From Terrimicrobiaceae bacterium (GTDB lineage Bacteria; Verrucomicrobiota; Verrucomicrobiia; Chthoniobacterales; Terrimicrobiaceae): DNA of 64,000 nt. Shown piece by piece: positions 14,067-24,534 of the stretch. Below the pieces are notes generated by a model. That model made no database searches. It was not told the DNA's origin and saw only the letters and a program-made list of their open reading frames with translations. The DNA is taken from NCBI GenBank assembly GCA_041752695.1, contig JBGSVZ010000092.1, positions 113,250-177,249 on the forward strand, in the 5' to 3' direction. Made by a program: the position numbers and the translations under genes. Numbering within the stretch: the first letter of the stretch is position 1; every line of letters begins with the position of its first letter.

Positions 14067-17000
14067 ATGAAGACCGCCTGCCAACCTCGCTCCGACGCGA
14101 TGCCAAATCTTTACGATCCCGCTCACGAACACGATTCGTGCGGGGTGGGATTTGTGGCGCAGGTCAGCGGCCGGCGTTCAAATCGCATCTTGCGCATCGG
14201 TCTGCGCTCCATCTGCAATCTCATGCACCGCGGCGCCCTGGATGCCGATGCCAAGACTGGGGATGGCGCGGGCGTTATGACGCAGATTCCCTACAAACTC
14301 TTTGTGCCCGAAGTCACCCGGCTGGGACACACGCTGTATCAGGAGAGTGACCTCGCGGTGGGCGTGATGTTTTTGCCCCACGACAACGCCTACTCCCAGG
14401 CGCGGGCCAAGGCGATCACCCAGGATGTGCTGGAAAAACGCGGGCTGTTTCTTTTCGGCTGGCGCGAGGTGCCGATCAATATCCGCGTGCTCGGGGAAAA
14501 GGCCCAGACGACGATGCCGCGCATCGAACAGGTCCTCATCGGCAAACCGTGGGGCATGGCGGACGATGACTATGAACGGCGTTTATTCCTCGCCCGCAAT
14601 GAAATCGAGGACATTGCCGCGGCGGACAAGATCCACAATTTTTACATCCCGTCCTTCTCGCACCGGACGATCATTTACAAGGGCCTCCTCGTTTCGTCCT
14701 CGCTGGAGAAATTTTATCCCGACCTTTCGAACCCCGATTACGAGACGGCGATTTGCGTTTATCATCAGCGGTATAGCACGAACACATTCCCGAAATGGCC
14801 GCTCGCGCAGCCTGTCCGCATGATGGCCCACAACGGTGAGATCAACACCGTGAAAGGCAATCGCAACTGGTCTAGCGCCCGCGAAGCCGAACTACGCGCC
14901 GATTTCTGGGGCAACGATATCGACTTGCTCAAGCCGATCATTCAGCCCGGTGGTTCGGATTCTTCCAGTCTTGATAACGTGCTTGAGGTGCTGACCATGA
15001 GCGGCCGGAGCATCCTGCACTCCATGACCATGCTGGTTCCCCCGGCCTGGCGATCCGACAAAAACCTTCCCCAGGAAATTGCCGATTTTTACGAATACCA
15101 CCGTTGCATCTGCGAACCTTGGGACGGCCCGGCTGCGCTTTGTTTTACGGATGGTCTTACGGTTGGTGCGTCGCTCGATCGCAATGGTTTGCGTCCCGCG
15201 CGCTACAAGCTCACGGAGGATGGCGTATTTGTGCTCGGCTCCGAGGTTGGCATTGCCGGTCTCGACCTGCGCTCCATGGTGGAAATGGGCCGCCTGGCGC
15301 CCGGCGAGATGATTGCCGTCGATACGGTCGGGGGCAGGGTGCTGCGCGACCGCGACATCAAGTCGGCGCTGGCTGCCCGCAAGCCGTATGGCGAATGGCT
15401 CCGGAAAAACATGATCAATTTCGATCACGCGGATGAAAAGAGCGTGTCTGTCCCCACGGGCGAACTTGACATCCTGACGCTCACGCAGCGTCAGATTGCC
15501 TTCGGCTATTCCAGCGAGGAGCTCGACATGATTTTGAAGCCCATGTTCAAGGACGGGGCTGAAGCGGTGGGTTCGATGGGAGATGACGCGCCGCTGGCGG
15601 TCCTCTCGCTAAAGCCGCGTCTGCTGTACACGTATTTTAAACAGCTCTTTGCCCAGGTCACCAATCCGCCGATCGATCCCATCCGCGAGAAGCTGGTCAT
15701 GTCGCTCCATACCGTGCTCGGCTGGCGTCGCAATCTGCTTTCGGAAACTGCGGACCACTGTCGTCAGGTCATGCTCGAAAGCCCGATCCTTCTCGACTGC
15801 GAAGTGGAAAAACTCAAGGCCATCGGGGGCGAGTTTCCGGCGGAAACGATTTCCTGCCTGTGGCCGGCGGCCGAGGGCAAGGCGGGACTGGCGGGCGCTA
15901 TCAAACGCATTTGTCAGGATGTCGAGGCGGCGGTGGACCGCGACGTCCGCATCATCATTCTCTCCGATCGCGGGGTGGACCACACCAGCGTGGCTGCTCC
16001 GATGCTGCTCGTGATGGGTGCGGTGCACCACCATTTGCGCCGCGTGGGCAAGCGGATGAAGGCAAGCATGATTTGTGAATCCGCGGAGGCCCGCGACGTG
16101 CATCAGATTGCCTGTCTGATTGGGTATGGCGCGAGTTGTGTGAATCCTTATCTCGCCTTCGAGACACTACGTGAGCTGATTGAGAAAGGGAAAGTCGAGG
16201 TCGATTTCGCCAAGGCGGCGATCAATTACAAAAAGGCTCTCGAAAACGGCCTGCTCAAGATCATGTCCAAGATGGGCATCTCTGTGGTCAGCAGCTATCG
16301 GGGCGCGCAGGTCTTTGAGGCCATCGGGATCAGCACGGCGCTGGTGGACGAATGTTTCACGGGGACGACTACGCAGATCGAAGGCCTGGGGTACGCGGAG
16401 ATTGCGGCCGAAAGCCTTGCCCGCCACGACATGGCCTACGGCAACGCCGTTCCCGTCGAAGCGGGCAAGCTGGAGGATCCGGGATATTATCGCAATCGCC
16501 GCGGGGGCGAGTTGCACGTCGTCACCCCGCCCGTGCTGCAGAACTTTCACACTTTCGTCGGCATTAAGGGCATGGATAAAGCCGGCAAGGCGGAGGACTA
16601 CAAAAAATACGTCGATGCGGTGCTGGCCAACCGCCCCCATTCGCTCCGCAATCTTCTCGATCTTGTCGCCTTGCCGTCGGGCCCCGTGCCGATCGAAGAG
16701 GTTGAGCCCGTCGAAGACATCCGCCGCCGTTTCACCACGGCCGGCATGTCTCTGGGAGCGCTCAGTCCCGAAGCCCATGAAACCCTGGCCATCGCGATGA
16801 ACCGCATCGGAGGCAAATCCAACAGCGGCGAGGGTGGGGAAGATCCCTTGCGTTTCAAGCGGCGCGATGATGGCGACTGGGCCAACAGCGCGATCAAACA
16901 AATTGCGAGCGGGCGGTTTGGTGTGACTGCCGCCTACCTCGCCAGCGCCAAGGAAATTGAAATCAAGATGGCTCAGGGCGCGAAGCCCGGTGAGGGCGGT

Positions 17001-18662
17001 CAGTTGCCCGGTCACAAAGTGAGCTTGTATATCGCGGGTCTGCGTCATGCCATTCCCGGGGTGACGCTGATTTCCCCGCCGCCGCACCATGACATCTATT
17101 CCATCGAGGATCTGGCGCAGTTGATCTACGACCTCAAGCAGGTCAATCCCCGCGCCCGCGTTTGCGTGAAGCTCGTGGCCGAGGCCGGGGTCGGCACCAT
17201 TGCGGCCGGCGTGGCCAAGGCCCACGCGGACATCATTCTGGTGAGCGGGCACGAAGGTGGCACCGGGGCTTCTCCGCTGAGCTCGGTGAAAAATGCAGGG
17301 GGTGCCTGGGAACTTGGTGTGGCTGAAACGCACCAGGTGCTTTTGCTCAACGGCCTGCGCAATCGCGTCACTTTGCGCACCGACGGCGGGATGCGCACGG
17401 GCGAGGATATCATTTACGCCACGCTTCTCGGCGCGGAGGAGTATAATTTTGGCACGGCGGCCCTTATCGCGATGGGCTGTGTGTATGTGCGGCAGTGTCA
17501 TCTCAACACCTGTCCGGTCGGCGTGGCTACCCTCGACGACAAACTCCGCGGGAAATTCAAGGGCAAGCCCGAGCATGTCGTGAACTTTTTCAACGCCGTC
17601 GCCGAGGAAGTTCGCGAGCTTATGGCCCGCCTTGGATTTCGCACCATTAGCGAAATGATCGGCCACACCGAATGCCTCAAGCAGCGGGTGATTGCCGATC
17701 ACCCGAAGGCTAACACCCTTGATCTCAGTAGGCTTCTGGTGGACGTGGCGAAAGACGACTCCACCATGGTGCGCCACGCGACGCGTTCGCGCAACGATGG
17801 ACCGGAGGACCGCACGCTTGATGACATTATTTTGCAGGACGCCAAGGAGGCGATTGTCGATGGCAAACCGATCACGCTCTCATACAAAATCACCAACGTA
17901 AACCGCTCGGCCGGCACCCAGGTGTCGGGCGAGATCGGCTACCAATACGGCGAAGAGGGCCTGCCGGCCGGCACGGTCGATCTGCGTTTCGACGGAAGTT
18001 CGGGCCAGAGCTTCGGCGCGTTTCTCGCCCCCGGCGTCCGCCTCGTTCTCACGGGCGAAGCCAATGACTATGTGGGTAAGGGCATGAGTGGCGGAGAGAT
18101 CATCATCAAGGCGGTGAGTCCCCGCAAATACACGCCCGCGGACTGCATCATTTTGGGAAACACTGTGATGTACGGCGCGACGGGCGGGGCTCTATTTGCC
18201 AACGGACGCGGGGGTGAACGATTCTGCGTGCGCAACTCCGGCGGCACCGCCGTGGTCGAAGGGGTGGGGGACCATTGCTGCGAATACATGACCAACGGAA
18301 CGGTCGTGGTGCTGGGTCCCACAGGGAAAAACTTCGGGGCCGGCATGACGGGCGGCGTGGGATACGTGCTTGATCTGGAAGATGTTTTTGCCGACCGCTA
18401 CAACCCGCAACTCGTCACCCCGTATCGTCTCACCGAGGAAGAGGATGTCACGGCGCTGAAGGGGCTCATTTACCGACACCTGGAGTTGACCGACAGCGAT
18501 CGGGCGAAGGAAATTCTGGCCGACTGGCCGAAGTATGCCGCGAAATTTTGGAAGGTCTGCCCCACCGTCCCGGCCGCCGTGGCAGAAGTGAAGGCTGCAG
18601 CGGAGGGTCCCGACGAGAAAGCTGGTCAGGTGATCAATGAGAATGTTACTGCTTCGCGGTAA
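14067..18662 (+). CDS. gltB: Glutamate synthase large subunit, copy 2 (no adjacent gltD)
   Basis: [51 protein letters not shown]. Start at ATG 14067 or 14100; the 13509 start in the ORF track runs through a repeat. Confidence 0.95.
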   Translation: MKTACQPRSDAMPNLYDPAHEHDSCGVGFVAQVSGRRSNRILRIGLRSICNLMHRGALDADAKTGDGAGVMTQIPYKLFVPEVTRLGHTLYQESDLAVGVMFLPHDNAYSQARAKAITQDVLEKRGLFLFGWREVPINIRVLGEKAQTTMPRIEQVLIGKPWGMADDDYERRLFLARNEIEDIAAADKIHNFYIPSFSHRTIIYKGLLVSSSLEKFYPDLSNPDYETAICVYHQRYSTNTFPKWPLAQPVRMMAHNGEINTVKGNRNWSSAREAELRADFWGNDIDLLKPIIQPGGSDSSSLDNVLEVLTMSGRSILHSMTMLVPPAWRSDKNLPQEIADFYEYHRCICEPWDGPAALCFTDGLTVGASLDRNGLRPARYKLTEDGVFVLGSEVGIAGLDLRSMVEMGRLAPGEMIAVDTVGGRVLRDRDIKSALAARKPYGEWLRKNMINFDHADEKSVSVPTGELDILTLTQRQIAFGYSSEELDMILKPMFKDGAEAVGSMGDDAPLAVLSLKPRLLYTYFKQLFAQVTNPPIDPIREKLVMSLHTVLGWRRNLLSETADHCRQVMLESPILLDCEVEKLKAIGGEFPAETISCLWPAAEGKAGLAGAIKRICQDVEAAVDRDVRIIILSDRGVDHTSVAAPMLLVMGAVHHHLRRVGKRMKASMICESAEARDVHQIACLIGYGASCVNPYLAFETLRELIEKGKVEVDFAKAAINYKKALENGLLKIMSKMGISVVSSYRGAQVFEAIGISTALVDECFTGTTTQIEGLGYAEIAAESLARHDMAYGNAVPVEAGKLEDPGYYRNRRGGELHVVTPPVLQNFHTFVGIKGMDKAGKAEDYKKYVDAVLANRPHSLRNLLDLVALPSGPVPIEEVEPVEDIRRRFTTAGMSLGALSPEAHETLAIAMNRIGGKSNSGEGGEDPLRFKRRDDGDWANSAIKQIASGRFGVTAAYLASAKEIEIKMAQGAKPGEGGQLPGHKVSLYIAGLRHAIPGVTLISPPPHHDIYSIEDLAQLIYDLKQVNPRARVCVKLVAEAGVGTIAAGVAKAHADIILVSGHEGGTGASPLSSVKNAGGAWELGVAETHQVLLLNGLRNRVTLRTDGGMRTGEDIIYATLLGAEEYNFGTAALIAMGCVYVRQCHLNTCPVGVATLDDKLRGKFKGKPEHVVNFFNAVAEEVRELMARLGFRTISEMIGHTECLKQRVIADHPKANTLDLSRLLVDVAKDDSTMVRHATRSRNDGPEDRTLDDIILQDAKEAIVDGKPITLSYKITNVNRSAGTQVSGEIGYQYGEEGLPAGTVDLRFDGSSGQSFGAFLAPGVRLVLTGEANDYVGKGMSGGEIIIKAVSPRKYTPADCIILGNTVMYGATGGALFANGRGGERFCVRNSGGTAVVEGVGDHCCEYMTNGTVVVLGPTGKNFGAGMTGGVGYVLDLEDVFADRYNPQLVTPYRLTEEEDVTALKGLIYRHLELTDSDRAKEILADWPKYAAKFWKVCPTVPAAVAEVKAAAEGPDEKAGQVINENVTASR

Positions 18663-18674
18663 TCCACCCCCCTC

Positions 18675-19076
18675 GTGAGAATTGTCGAGCAGCTAGCCGT
18701 TTTCATTGCCAATAAACCGGGCACCCTTGCGGAGGTCTGCGACGCCCTCGCCAGCGAACGCGTTAATATTTACGGCCTCACCATTTCGGACACGGTGGAC
18801 CACGCCGTCGTCCGCATGGTGGTGAGCGACACGCGCAGAGCGGTCGCTGTCTTTGAATCCCGCGGTACGCTCGTGATCGAGAACGATGTTCTCATGATCG
18901 AGAACGATAATAAACCCGGCAGTCTCTCCGAGATCGCGAAAGTTCTTTCGGATCACAAGATCAACATCGAATACGCCTATCTGGCCTCCATGCCGAGCGC
19001 CCGTCGCGGTCTGCTGATTGTGCGGGTGACGGATACCAAGAAGGCACTTAAGGTACTTTCGAAAGCCCTGGGCTGA
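18675..19076 (+). CDS. Tandem ACT-domain (amino-acid-binding) protein
   Basis: Two ACT repeats: NKPGTLAEVCDALASERVNI and NKPGSLSEIAKVLSDHKINIEYAY. Confidence 0.85.
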   Translation: MRIVEQLAVFIANKPGTLAEVCDALASERVNIYGLTISDTVDHAVVRMVVSDTRRAVAVFESRGTLVIENDVLMIENDNKPGSLSEIAKVLSDHKINIEYAYLASMPSARRGLLIVRVTDTKKALKVLSKALG

Positions 19077-19134
19077 AGGTTTCGAAAGTGAAAGCCCGGC
19101 TGGCGCTTTGCTTCTGTTGCAGTATCCAGAGCGT

Positions 19135-20274
19135 TCAGCCCAGGAGTTCGCGGTAAAAACTCTCCAGCTTCGCGATGGAACGGCTTTGCTCGAATTTATC
19201 GCGCACTGATGCGGCGGCGGTTCGGGATAATTTTTCGTAGAGGACGGCATCTCCGGCCAGGGTCAGCAGGGCTTGGGTGACCCCGGCGACATCGCGCTCC
19301 GGGACCAGCAGGCCGTCCTCCCCTGAGGTGGCGGCCTCGGGAATGCCGCCGTGCAAAGTCGCCACCACGGGCAGGCCGGTGGCCATGGCTTCCAACATCG
19401 AATTCGGCACGCCCTCCTGGTCTCCGGCGTCGGTAGTCTGACTGGGGTGAAGGAAAATATGCGATGAGGCATACGCCGCCGCCAGTTGTTCCTGCTGGAG
19501 GAAACCCGTGTACGCTACGGCATCGGACAAGCCCAACTCTCCGGCGACCTCCTGCAAGCGAGATTTCATCGGCCCTTCCCCGGCGAAAATCAGATGGGCC
19601 TTGGGATACCGTTTGCGGAATTCGGCGAAGGCGGCCAGCGAGACCAGCAGGCCTTTTTTTTCAATAAACCGCGAGGCCTGGATCAGCCGCCAGGCTCCGT
19701 CGGCGGGAACGGAACGGGAGACGAACGGAAATCCGTCCATGGGGATGCCTGTCCGGTTGATTCGGATCTTCCCGCGGTCACACCCCAGATCCACCAGGCG
19801 GTCGGCCAGCGATTCGCTGCGGGCCAGAACCATCGGAACGGTTTGAAGGAGCTGCCGCAAGTTCCTGCCGTAGCCGGGCTCGGTTTCCCGCTCCATGATG
19901 TCCATGCCGTGAAAAGAAACTAACGACGGCTTCGGCCAGTTGCGCAGGAAGGGCAGAAGATGGACGCCGGTATGGCCGAAATAGACATGGAGAAGGTCCG
20001 CGTGTCGCCGTCCCAGCACACCGGAGAGCTGGTCGTATTCGCCCCGGTAAAAGACCGGCTCCATCCGCTGGAGGTATTTTTTCTGAAAACGCCGGAGGAA
20101 ATTGATGCTGGGCCGGGGCAGGACCTCGACATCGTCGAAGGGGTAAAGGTCCGCATGCTCGCGTGATTTGGTCATCACGAAGGTTTTGAATTCCTGCAGT
20201 CCGGTAACCTGACGGTAAATGTGCAGCATCTCCCGTTTGAGAAAGGTGGTGCAGTAGCTGGCGACGACAGGCAT
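19135..20274 (-). CDS. Glycosyltransferase family 4 (GT-B)
   Basis: SRFIEKKG and GDQEGVPNSMLEAMATGLPVV (EX7E motif). ATG 20274 preferred. Confidence 0.9.
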   Translation of the reverse strand: MPVVASYCTTFLKREMLHIYRQVTGLQEFKTFVMTKSREHADLYPFDDVEVLPRPSINFLRRFQKKYLQRMEPVFYRGEYDQLSGVLGRRHADLLHVYFGHTGVHLLPFLRNWPKPSLVSFHGMDIMERETEPGYGRNLRQLLQTVPMVLARSESLADRLVDLGCDRGKIRINRTGIPMDGFPFVSRSVPADGAWRLIQASRFIEKKGLLVSLAAFAEFRKRYPKAHLIFAGEGPMKSRLQEVAGELGLSDAVAYTGFLQQEQLAAAYASSHIFLHPSQTTDAGDQEGVPNSMLEAMATGLPVVATLHGGIPEAATSGEDGLLVPERDVAGVTQALLTLAGDAVLYEKLSRTAAASVRDKFEQSRSIAKLESFYRELLG

Positions 20275-20387
20275 GAAGCCCGCCAGCAAACCGCCCGAAA
20301 GGCCGCCCGCCAAGCGGATTTTGCGAGTCATTTTCAGTTTCCGCTGGTTAGATCACGGTGAAGACCGCGCCTCCGCTGCGCCAACCC

Positions 20388-20987
20388 ATGAATGAATCCG
20401 TGCCAGCGTCGGGCGAACAGGACGCCCGGGAAGACGTTGCCCTGATGCTGCGCGTGAAAACCGGAGACCTCGACGCCTTCGAGGTGCTGGTGGAGCGGCA
20501 CCAACACAGTGTCGTGGGAACCGCCGCGAAAATGCTCAGTGGAGTGGGGGACGCCGAGGACATCGGGCAGCAGGTATTTATCCGCGTCTGGAAATCGGCC
20601 CCGCGATACGAACCAAGTGCCAAGTTCACCACGTGGCTGATGACGATCACCCGGAATCTGGTGTTCAACGAGATGCGTCGCCTCCAGCGCTCCCGGTTGG
20701 TGCCGATGGACACCGATCAGGAGGATGCCCCGCAACACCAATACGCGGATACCGAAACTGCTGCGCCCAACGAAGAACTGCTCAACACGGAATTGCAAAA
20801 TGCGGTCAACACGGCGATCAGCTCGCTTCCGGAGGCCCAGCGAACGGCCATCGTCCTCCGGCGGTATGAAAACATGCCTTACGAAGAAATTGCCAAAGTC
20901 TTACGGACCAGTGTCCCCGCCGTGAAGAGCATCCTTTTTCGCGCCCGGGCGGAGTTAAAGGAACAGTTGAAACGCTACCTCGACTAA
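20388..20987 (+). CDS. ECF RNA polymerase sigma-70 factor
   Basis: DAEDIGQQVFIRVW, KFTTWLMTITRN, and region 4 LPEAQRTAIVLRRYENMPYEEIA...VKSILFRAR. Confidence 0.92.
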   Translation: MNESVPASGEQDAREDVALMLRVKTGDLDAFEVLVERHQHSVVGTAAKMLSGVGDAEDIGQQVFIRVWKSAPRYEPSAKFTTWLMTITRNLVFNEMRRLQRSRLVPMDTDQEDAPQHQYADTETAAPNEELLNTELQNAVNTAISSLPEAQRTAIVLRRYENMPYEEIAKVLRTSVPAVKSILFRARAELKEQLKRYLD

Positions 20988-21055
20988 AAGTATTTTCGAA
21001 AAAACCCACGCGTTGTTTCTGCGCCCCACGATCTGCGGATGAACCCTATAAAATT

Positions 21056-21199
21056 ATGCTTTGGACCATCCTTGTTATTCTTCTCATCATGTGGGCCTTG
21101 GGCTTCGGCCTCAACGTGGCTGGAGGCCTGATCCACCTGATTCTCGTCGTTGCCCTCGTCGTTTTTGTCATCCAGTTGGTGACCGGTCGGAAGGTCTGA
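21056..21199 (+). CDS. 47-aa small membrane protein, lmo0937-like; missed by the ORF track
   Basis: MLWTILVILLIMWALGFGLNVAGGLIHLILVVALVVFVIQLVTGRKV, with the characteristic GGLIH(L/I)L motif. Confidence 0.85.
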   Translation: MLWTILVILLIMWALGFGLNVAGGLIHLILVVALVVFVIQLVTGRKV

Positions 21200-21273
21200 C
21201 CGGAAAGGGGTATTAAGCGGCGTCGGCTTCCTGCCGATAAAAGTAACCACCGTCAGGATGCTGGTGCCACCCC

Positions 21274-22572
21274 TTACGGATCGTAGCGGCGGGGAAAAAC
21301 CGCCCGGAACGTCGTGCCCGAGTGCTCCGAGGACGACAACTCGAGACTGGCGTCAAGCAACTCGCAGAGGCGTTTGACGATCGAAAGACCGATGCCTTCA
21401 CCGGGCTGCTGGCGGCCGGAGTGGGAGCCCGTCGATTGCGTGACTTCGGGAAGAGAGCTACTCGATTCTTTGCTCTGACCATCCGCTTCCTCTTCGGCCT
21501 CGCAGGCGCTGGCCGTGGCTTCCTGTAAAACCTTGAGAATAGGAGCCCCGGAGACCGCGATTCCCGGGCCGGTGTCCTTGACCATCAGCCACCATTTTTC
21601 GGCGCCTTCTTCTCCCCAGCTCACGGTAACGCCGCCCTGTTCCGTGTACTTGAGGGCGTTCAAGAGTAAATTTTGGGCAATGCGATGCACTTTATCGGCG
21701 TCTCCTTCCACCGGTAGCGGATCGGGCCCTGAGCAAATCAAGTTGAGCTGGCGTTCGTCCGCCAGGGGCCTGGAAACCCTGACCAGCTCCGTCAGGACAA
21801 CGGCGGCGTCAAACGGGGCGATTTTGCGCTTCTGCTCCCCGGCTTCCAATCGGGCGAGATCCATCAGATCCCCCAACATGGACCGCAGGGTGCCCACTCC
21901 GCGTTTCAGCATATCGGAAAAAACTCGCCGTTCCTCGTCGGGAATGTCGGTCACCCCAAGGAGTGAGGCGGCACTGCTGACGGCTTGGATATTGCCCCCG
22001 AGATCATGCACCGCTTCCCGGATCAGAGCCCCGCGCTTTCGCTCCAGCTCACCGATCTGAGCCAGCGCCATTTCCAAATCGTGGGCCCGGCCGGTCGCTT
22101 CCTCGCGTTCCATCCGGGCATACTGGGCCGTACTCTCGTTAATGGCGTTATTAACGAGCATAATGAGCTCGCGATTGGCCGCCGACTGGCTTTCCCGGGG
22201 CATATCGGGATGAGCTTCCACAAAAGCGTCCAGCTCGGCACTCAAACAGAGATGCAGGTGCCCCCATTCCCGTGTGATCTCGCGCAGCCGGTAGCCCTGT
22301 TGCCACCGGTGAAGGCCGTGTTTGACCTCCTCTTCACGCTGATCCTCGACGGCGTCCGCGGCGCGTTCCCCGCCAGGTTTGGCCCGGAGCTTGCGTTCAA
22401 ACGCATTCAGCACTTCGGGAATGTGGTCGTTAAATTGCGAACGCGTCAGCGCATTCGAGGTTGTCTGGTCCGGGTCGGCGTCCGAAGCGGCCCGCCAGGC
22501 TTCCATGATGGCACCGCGACGGGCATTTAGGTGATGGCTGAGAGCGGTTAAATGGTCCAACGTGCTGGTCAT
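21274..22572 (-). CDS. Cytoplasmic sensor histidine kinase with an RsbRD_N-like helical input domain
   Basis: H-box EAVHDLGG, N-box NLLLNALKYT, DTGPGI, GEGIGLSIV. N-terminal HGLHRWQQGY motif; no TM segment. Confidence 0.85.
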   Translation of the reverse strand: MTSTLDHLTALSHHLNARRGAIMEAWRAASDADPDQTTSNALTRSQFNDHIPEVLNAFERKLRAKPGGERAADAVEDQREEEVKHGLHRWQQGYRLREITREWGHLHLCLSAELDAFVEAHPDMPRESQSAANRELIMLVNNAINESTAQYARMEREEATGRAHDLEMALAQIGELERKRGALIREAVHDLGGNIQAVSSAASLLGVTDIPDEERRVFSDMLKRGVGTLRSMLGDLMDLARLEAGEQKRKIAPFDAAVVLTELVRVSRPLADERQLNLICSGPDPLPVEGDADKVHRIAQNLLLNALKYTEQGGVTVSWGEEGAEKWWLMVKDTGPGIAVSGAPILKVLQEATASACEAEEEADGQSKESSSSLPEVTQSTGSHSGRQQPGEGIGLSIVKRLCELLDASLELSSSEHSGTTFRAVFPRRYDP

Positions 22573-22600
22573 TCGGCGTGAGAAATTGCGATGGCCCTGA

Positions 22601-22984
22601 TCAGAGGTTCAACACCGGTTGGCGGGGAGTCTCCGGCGCGGTGGACTCCAGCAGCTTCTGGAGTTTCTTCGGAGTGAGGAGGCCCGAAGTTGCCGCGTCC
22701 ACCACAGAACGGAATGCTGCCGCCCAAGCCGCGTCTTTTTCCGCCAACGCGGCAATTTCATGCAGCGGTGCCCGGCGATCGTGGGAGCGAAGTTCGTCCA
22801 AAGGCACTCCCAGAGCCGTGGCCAAATTCACCAGCACCTCCGGCGAGGGAAAACGAAAACCCTTCTCCAAGTCGGCAATGAAGGCTACGGACTTCAGTTT
22901 GGCCCGTGAGGTCAGTTCGCGCATGGAATATCCGCGCGCCAAACGAAGTTCGCGAATGCGCGTTCCCAGTGTGTGTGAGGGCAT
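22601..22984 (-). CDS. XRE-family helix-turn-helix regulator
   Basis: LGTRIRELRLARGYSMRELT...FIADLEKGFRFPSPEVLVNLATALGV. Confidence 0.88.
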   Translation of the reverse strand: MPSHTLGTRIRELRLARGYSMRELTSRAKLKSVAFIADLEKGFRFPSPEVLVNLATALGVPLDELRSHDRRAPLHEIAALAEKDAAWAAAFRSVVDAATSGLLTPKKLQKLLESTAPETPRQPVLNL

Positions 22985-22995
22985 AAGGCCGGATA

Positions 22996-23122
22996 TGATC
23001 GCGGCTATGCGAACAGCGTCAAGTTCCTAGGAAGAGATTTCTCCGGAGCTGAAAAGGTCGCCGCCTCCCTTCTTAAATGCGCGCATGCGAACAAGAATAT
23101 CAGGAAATGCTCTCGTTCGCAT
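22996..23122. promoter_or_regulatory. Candidate XRE operators (repeated GCGAAC/GTTCGC half-sites)
   Basis: TGATCGC-N6-GCGAACA (22996-23015), ATGCGAACA (23085-23093) and GTTCGCAT (23115-23122) upstream of the XRE start. Confidence 0.45.
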
Positions 23123-23219
23123 TTCTGCGTTTAAGCATGGGGCTGGTCGGTCGTCTCGGCGTCTTCGTTCGCTCGCGTCCAAGATCTAATGGACGCGAGC
23201 GGGAAGGTGGTGCCGGGGC

Positions 23220-24521
23220 CTAAAGGAAGGTGTCTTCGAAGAGGCTGTTGGCCCAGTCGAACATATCGATGTAGTTCTCAGAACTGGCAGCCCTGGCTTC
23301 GCCGAACGAGGCATCCACCCGCTGCATGGTCCTGGTCACCGCGTCATACTGGTAACTTGCGGTCAGCCACGAGGCTGTCTTTGAGGTGATCGGACTGTAG
23401 CAGGCTGACATCGTCACCGGTGAGGGATTGGGGCTCTGGCCGTCTATCGCTCGCAAGATGGCATCCGCGCAGACTTTGGCCTGAGCGTTGGCCATCGTGC
23501 CCGACTTGGGCTGCGCGGTCGCCTGCGAGTCACCAATCACGTGGATCTCAGGATATTTTACGGATCCGTAGCTGAGCGGATCCACCGCCGCCCAGCGTCC
23601 TCCCGCATCAACCAGACCCGCTCCGGAGACCAACGCGCCAGCTTTCATATCCGGGAGATAGTTGGCAACCTTCCCGGAAATTGTTCCGAGGTTGGTCACA
23701 AAACTTCTTGTTGCGGAGTTGACCGACTGGACCGCACAGTTCGGTTTATACTCCACAATGCCTTTGAAGGTATTCGTGAAGGCATTTCCGAATCCCACCG
23801 GTTCGGCCATGATGCCGGGATTGGCGTCACAAATGATCACTTTGCCGCGGAGTTTTTTGCGTTTGATGTGGTCGGCAATGACGCAGGCGCGTTCATATGG
23901 CCCGGGCGGGCAGCGGTACGGAGCCTTTGGAATGCTCATCAGAAAGACCTCTCCCTTCTTCAAACTTTCCACCTGGGTTTTCAGCAAGGTGGTTTGTGGT
24001 CCGGCCACCCATGCGTGAGGGGTGAGACTGGCGTCGTAGTTGCCGGCGGGCGTCACAAAGTCGATGCCGGGCGCCAAGATCAGATGGTCGTAGGGGAGGG
24101 TCACGGTCCCGCCTGTGGTGGAAACGGCGACCGTTTTTGCGGGAGGATTCACCTCCATCGCCCGGCCCACCAGGAGATTGACCCCGTATTTGCTCGCGAG
24201 GGTTCCCAGTCCGATCGTGATGTCCGCCATGCCGAGCTTTCCCGTGACCACCAGGTTGGAAAGAATGCACGAAATATGCTGAGGGCTGGCATCGACCAGC
24301 GTGACCTGGACCTTGTCCTTGCCCCAAAGTGCGAGGTATTTCGCCGCGGTCGCTCCGCCGAAGCCCCCACCCACCACCACAATCCGCGCGAGCGGCGAGG
24401 CGGCTGATGCCCGCCGGGGAATGGCGAGGGTTGCCCCGGCCAGGCCGAGCAGTTTCAGAAATTTCCGGCGGTCCACGCCTGGGGATTGCAGAAGATGATC
24501 CAAGGAAGAGAAGGTTTTCAT
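23220..24521 (-). CDS. fccB: Flavocytochrome c sulfide dehydrogenase flavoprotein subunit (FccB/SoxF-like), Tat-exported
   Basis: Tat motif DRRKFLK, VVGGGFGGATAA, HISCILSN, PYRCPPGPYERA, PKSG, SACYS. Confidence 0.85.
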   Translation of the reverse strand: MKTFSSLDHLLQSPGVDRRKFLKLLGLAGATLAIPRRASAASPLARIVVVGGGFGGATAAKYLALWGKDKVQVTLVDASPQHISCILSNLVVTGKLGMADITIGLGTLASKYGVNLLVGRAMEVNPPAKTVAVSTTGGTVTLPYDHLILAPGIDFVTPAGNYDASLTPHAWVAGPQTTLLKTQVESLKKGEVFLMSIPKAPYRCPPGPYERACVIADHIKRKKLRGKVIICDANPGIMAEPVGFGNAFTNTFKGIVEYKPNCAVQSVNSATRSFVTNLGTISGKVANYLPDMKAGALVSGAGLVDAGGRWAAVDPLSYGSVKYPEIHVIGDSQATAQPKSGTMANAQAKVCADAILRAIDGQSPNPSPVTMSACYSPITSKTASWLTASYQYDAVTRTMQRVDASFGEARAASSENYIDMFDWANSLFEDTFL

Positions 24522-24534
24522 AAAATAGGTTCGG

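Noticed and set aside
14067..18662. Calling gltB copy 2 a ferredoxin-dependent GlsF
   Set aside because: The Fd-GOGAT insertion after GEGGED is absent, so the electron donor cannot be assigned from sequence.
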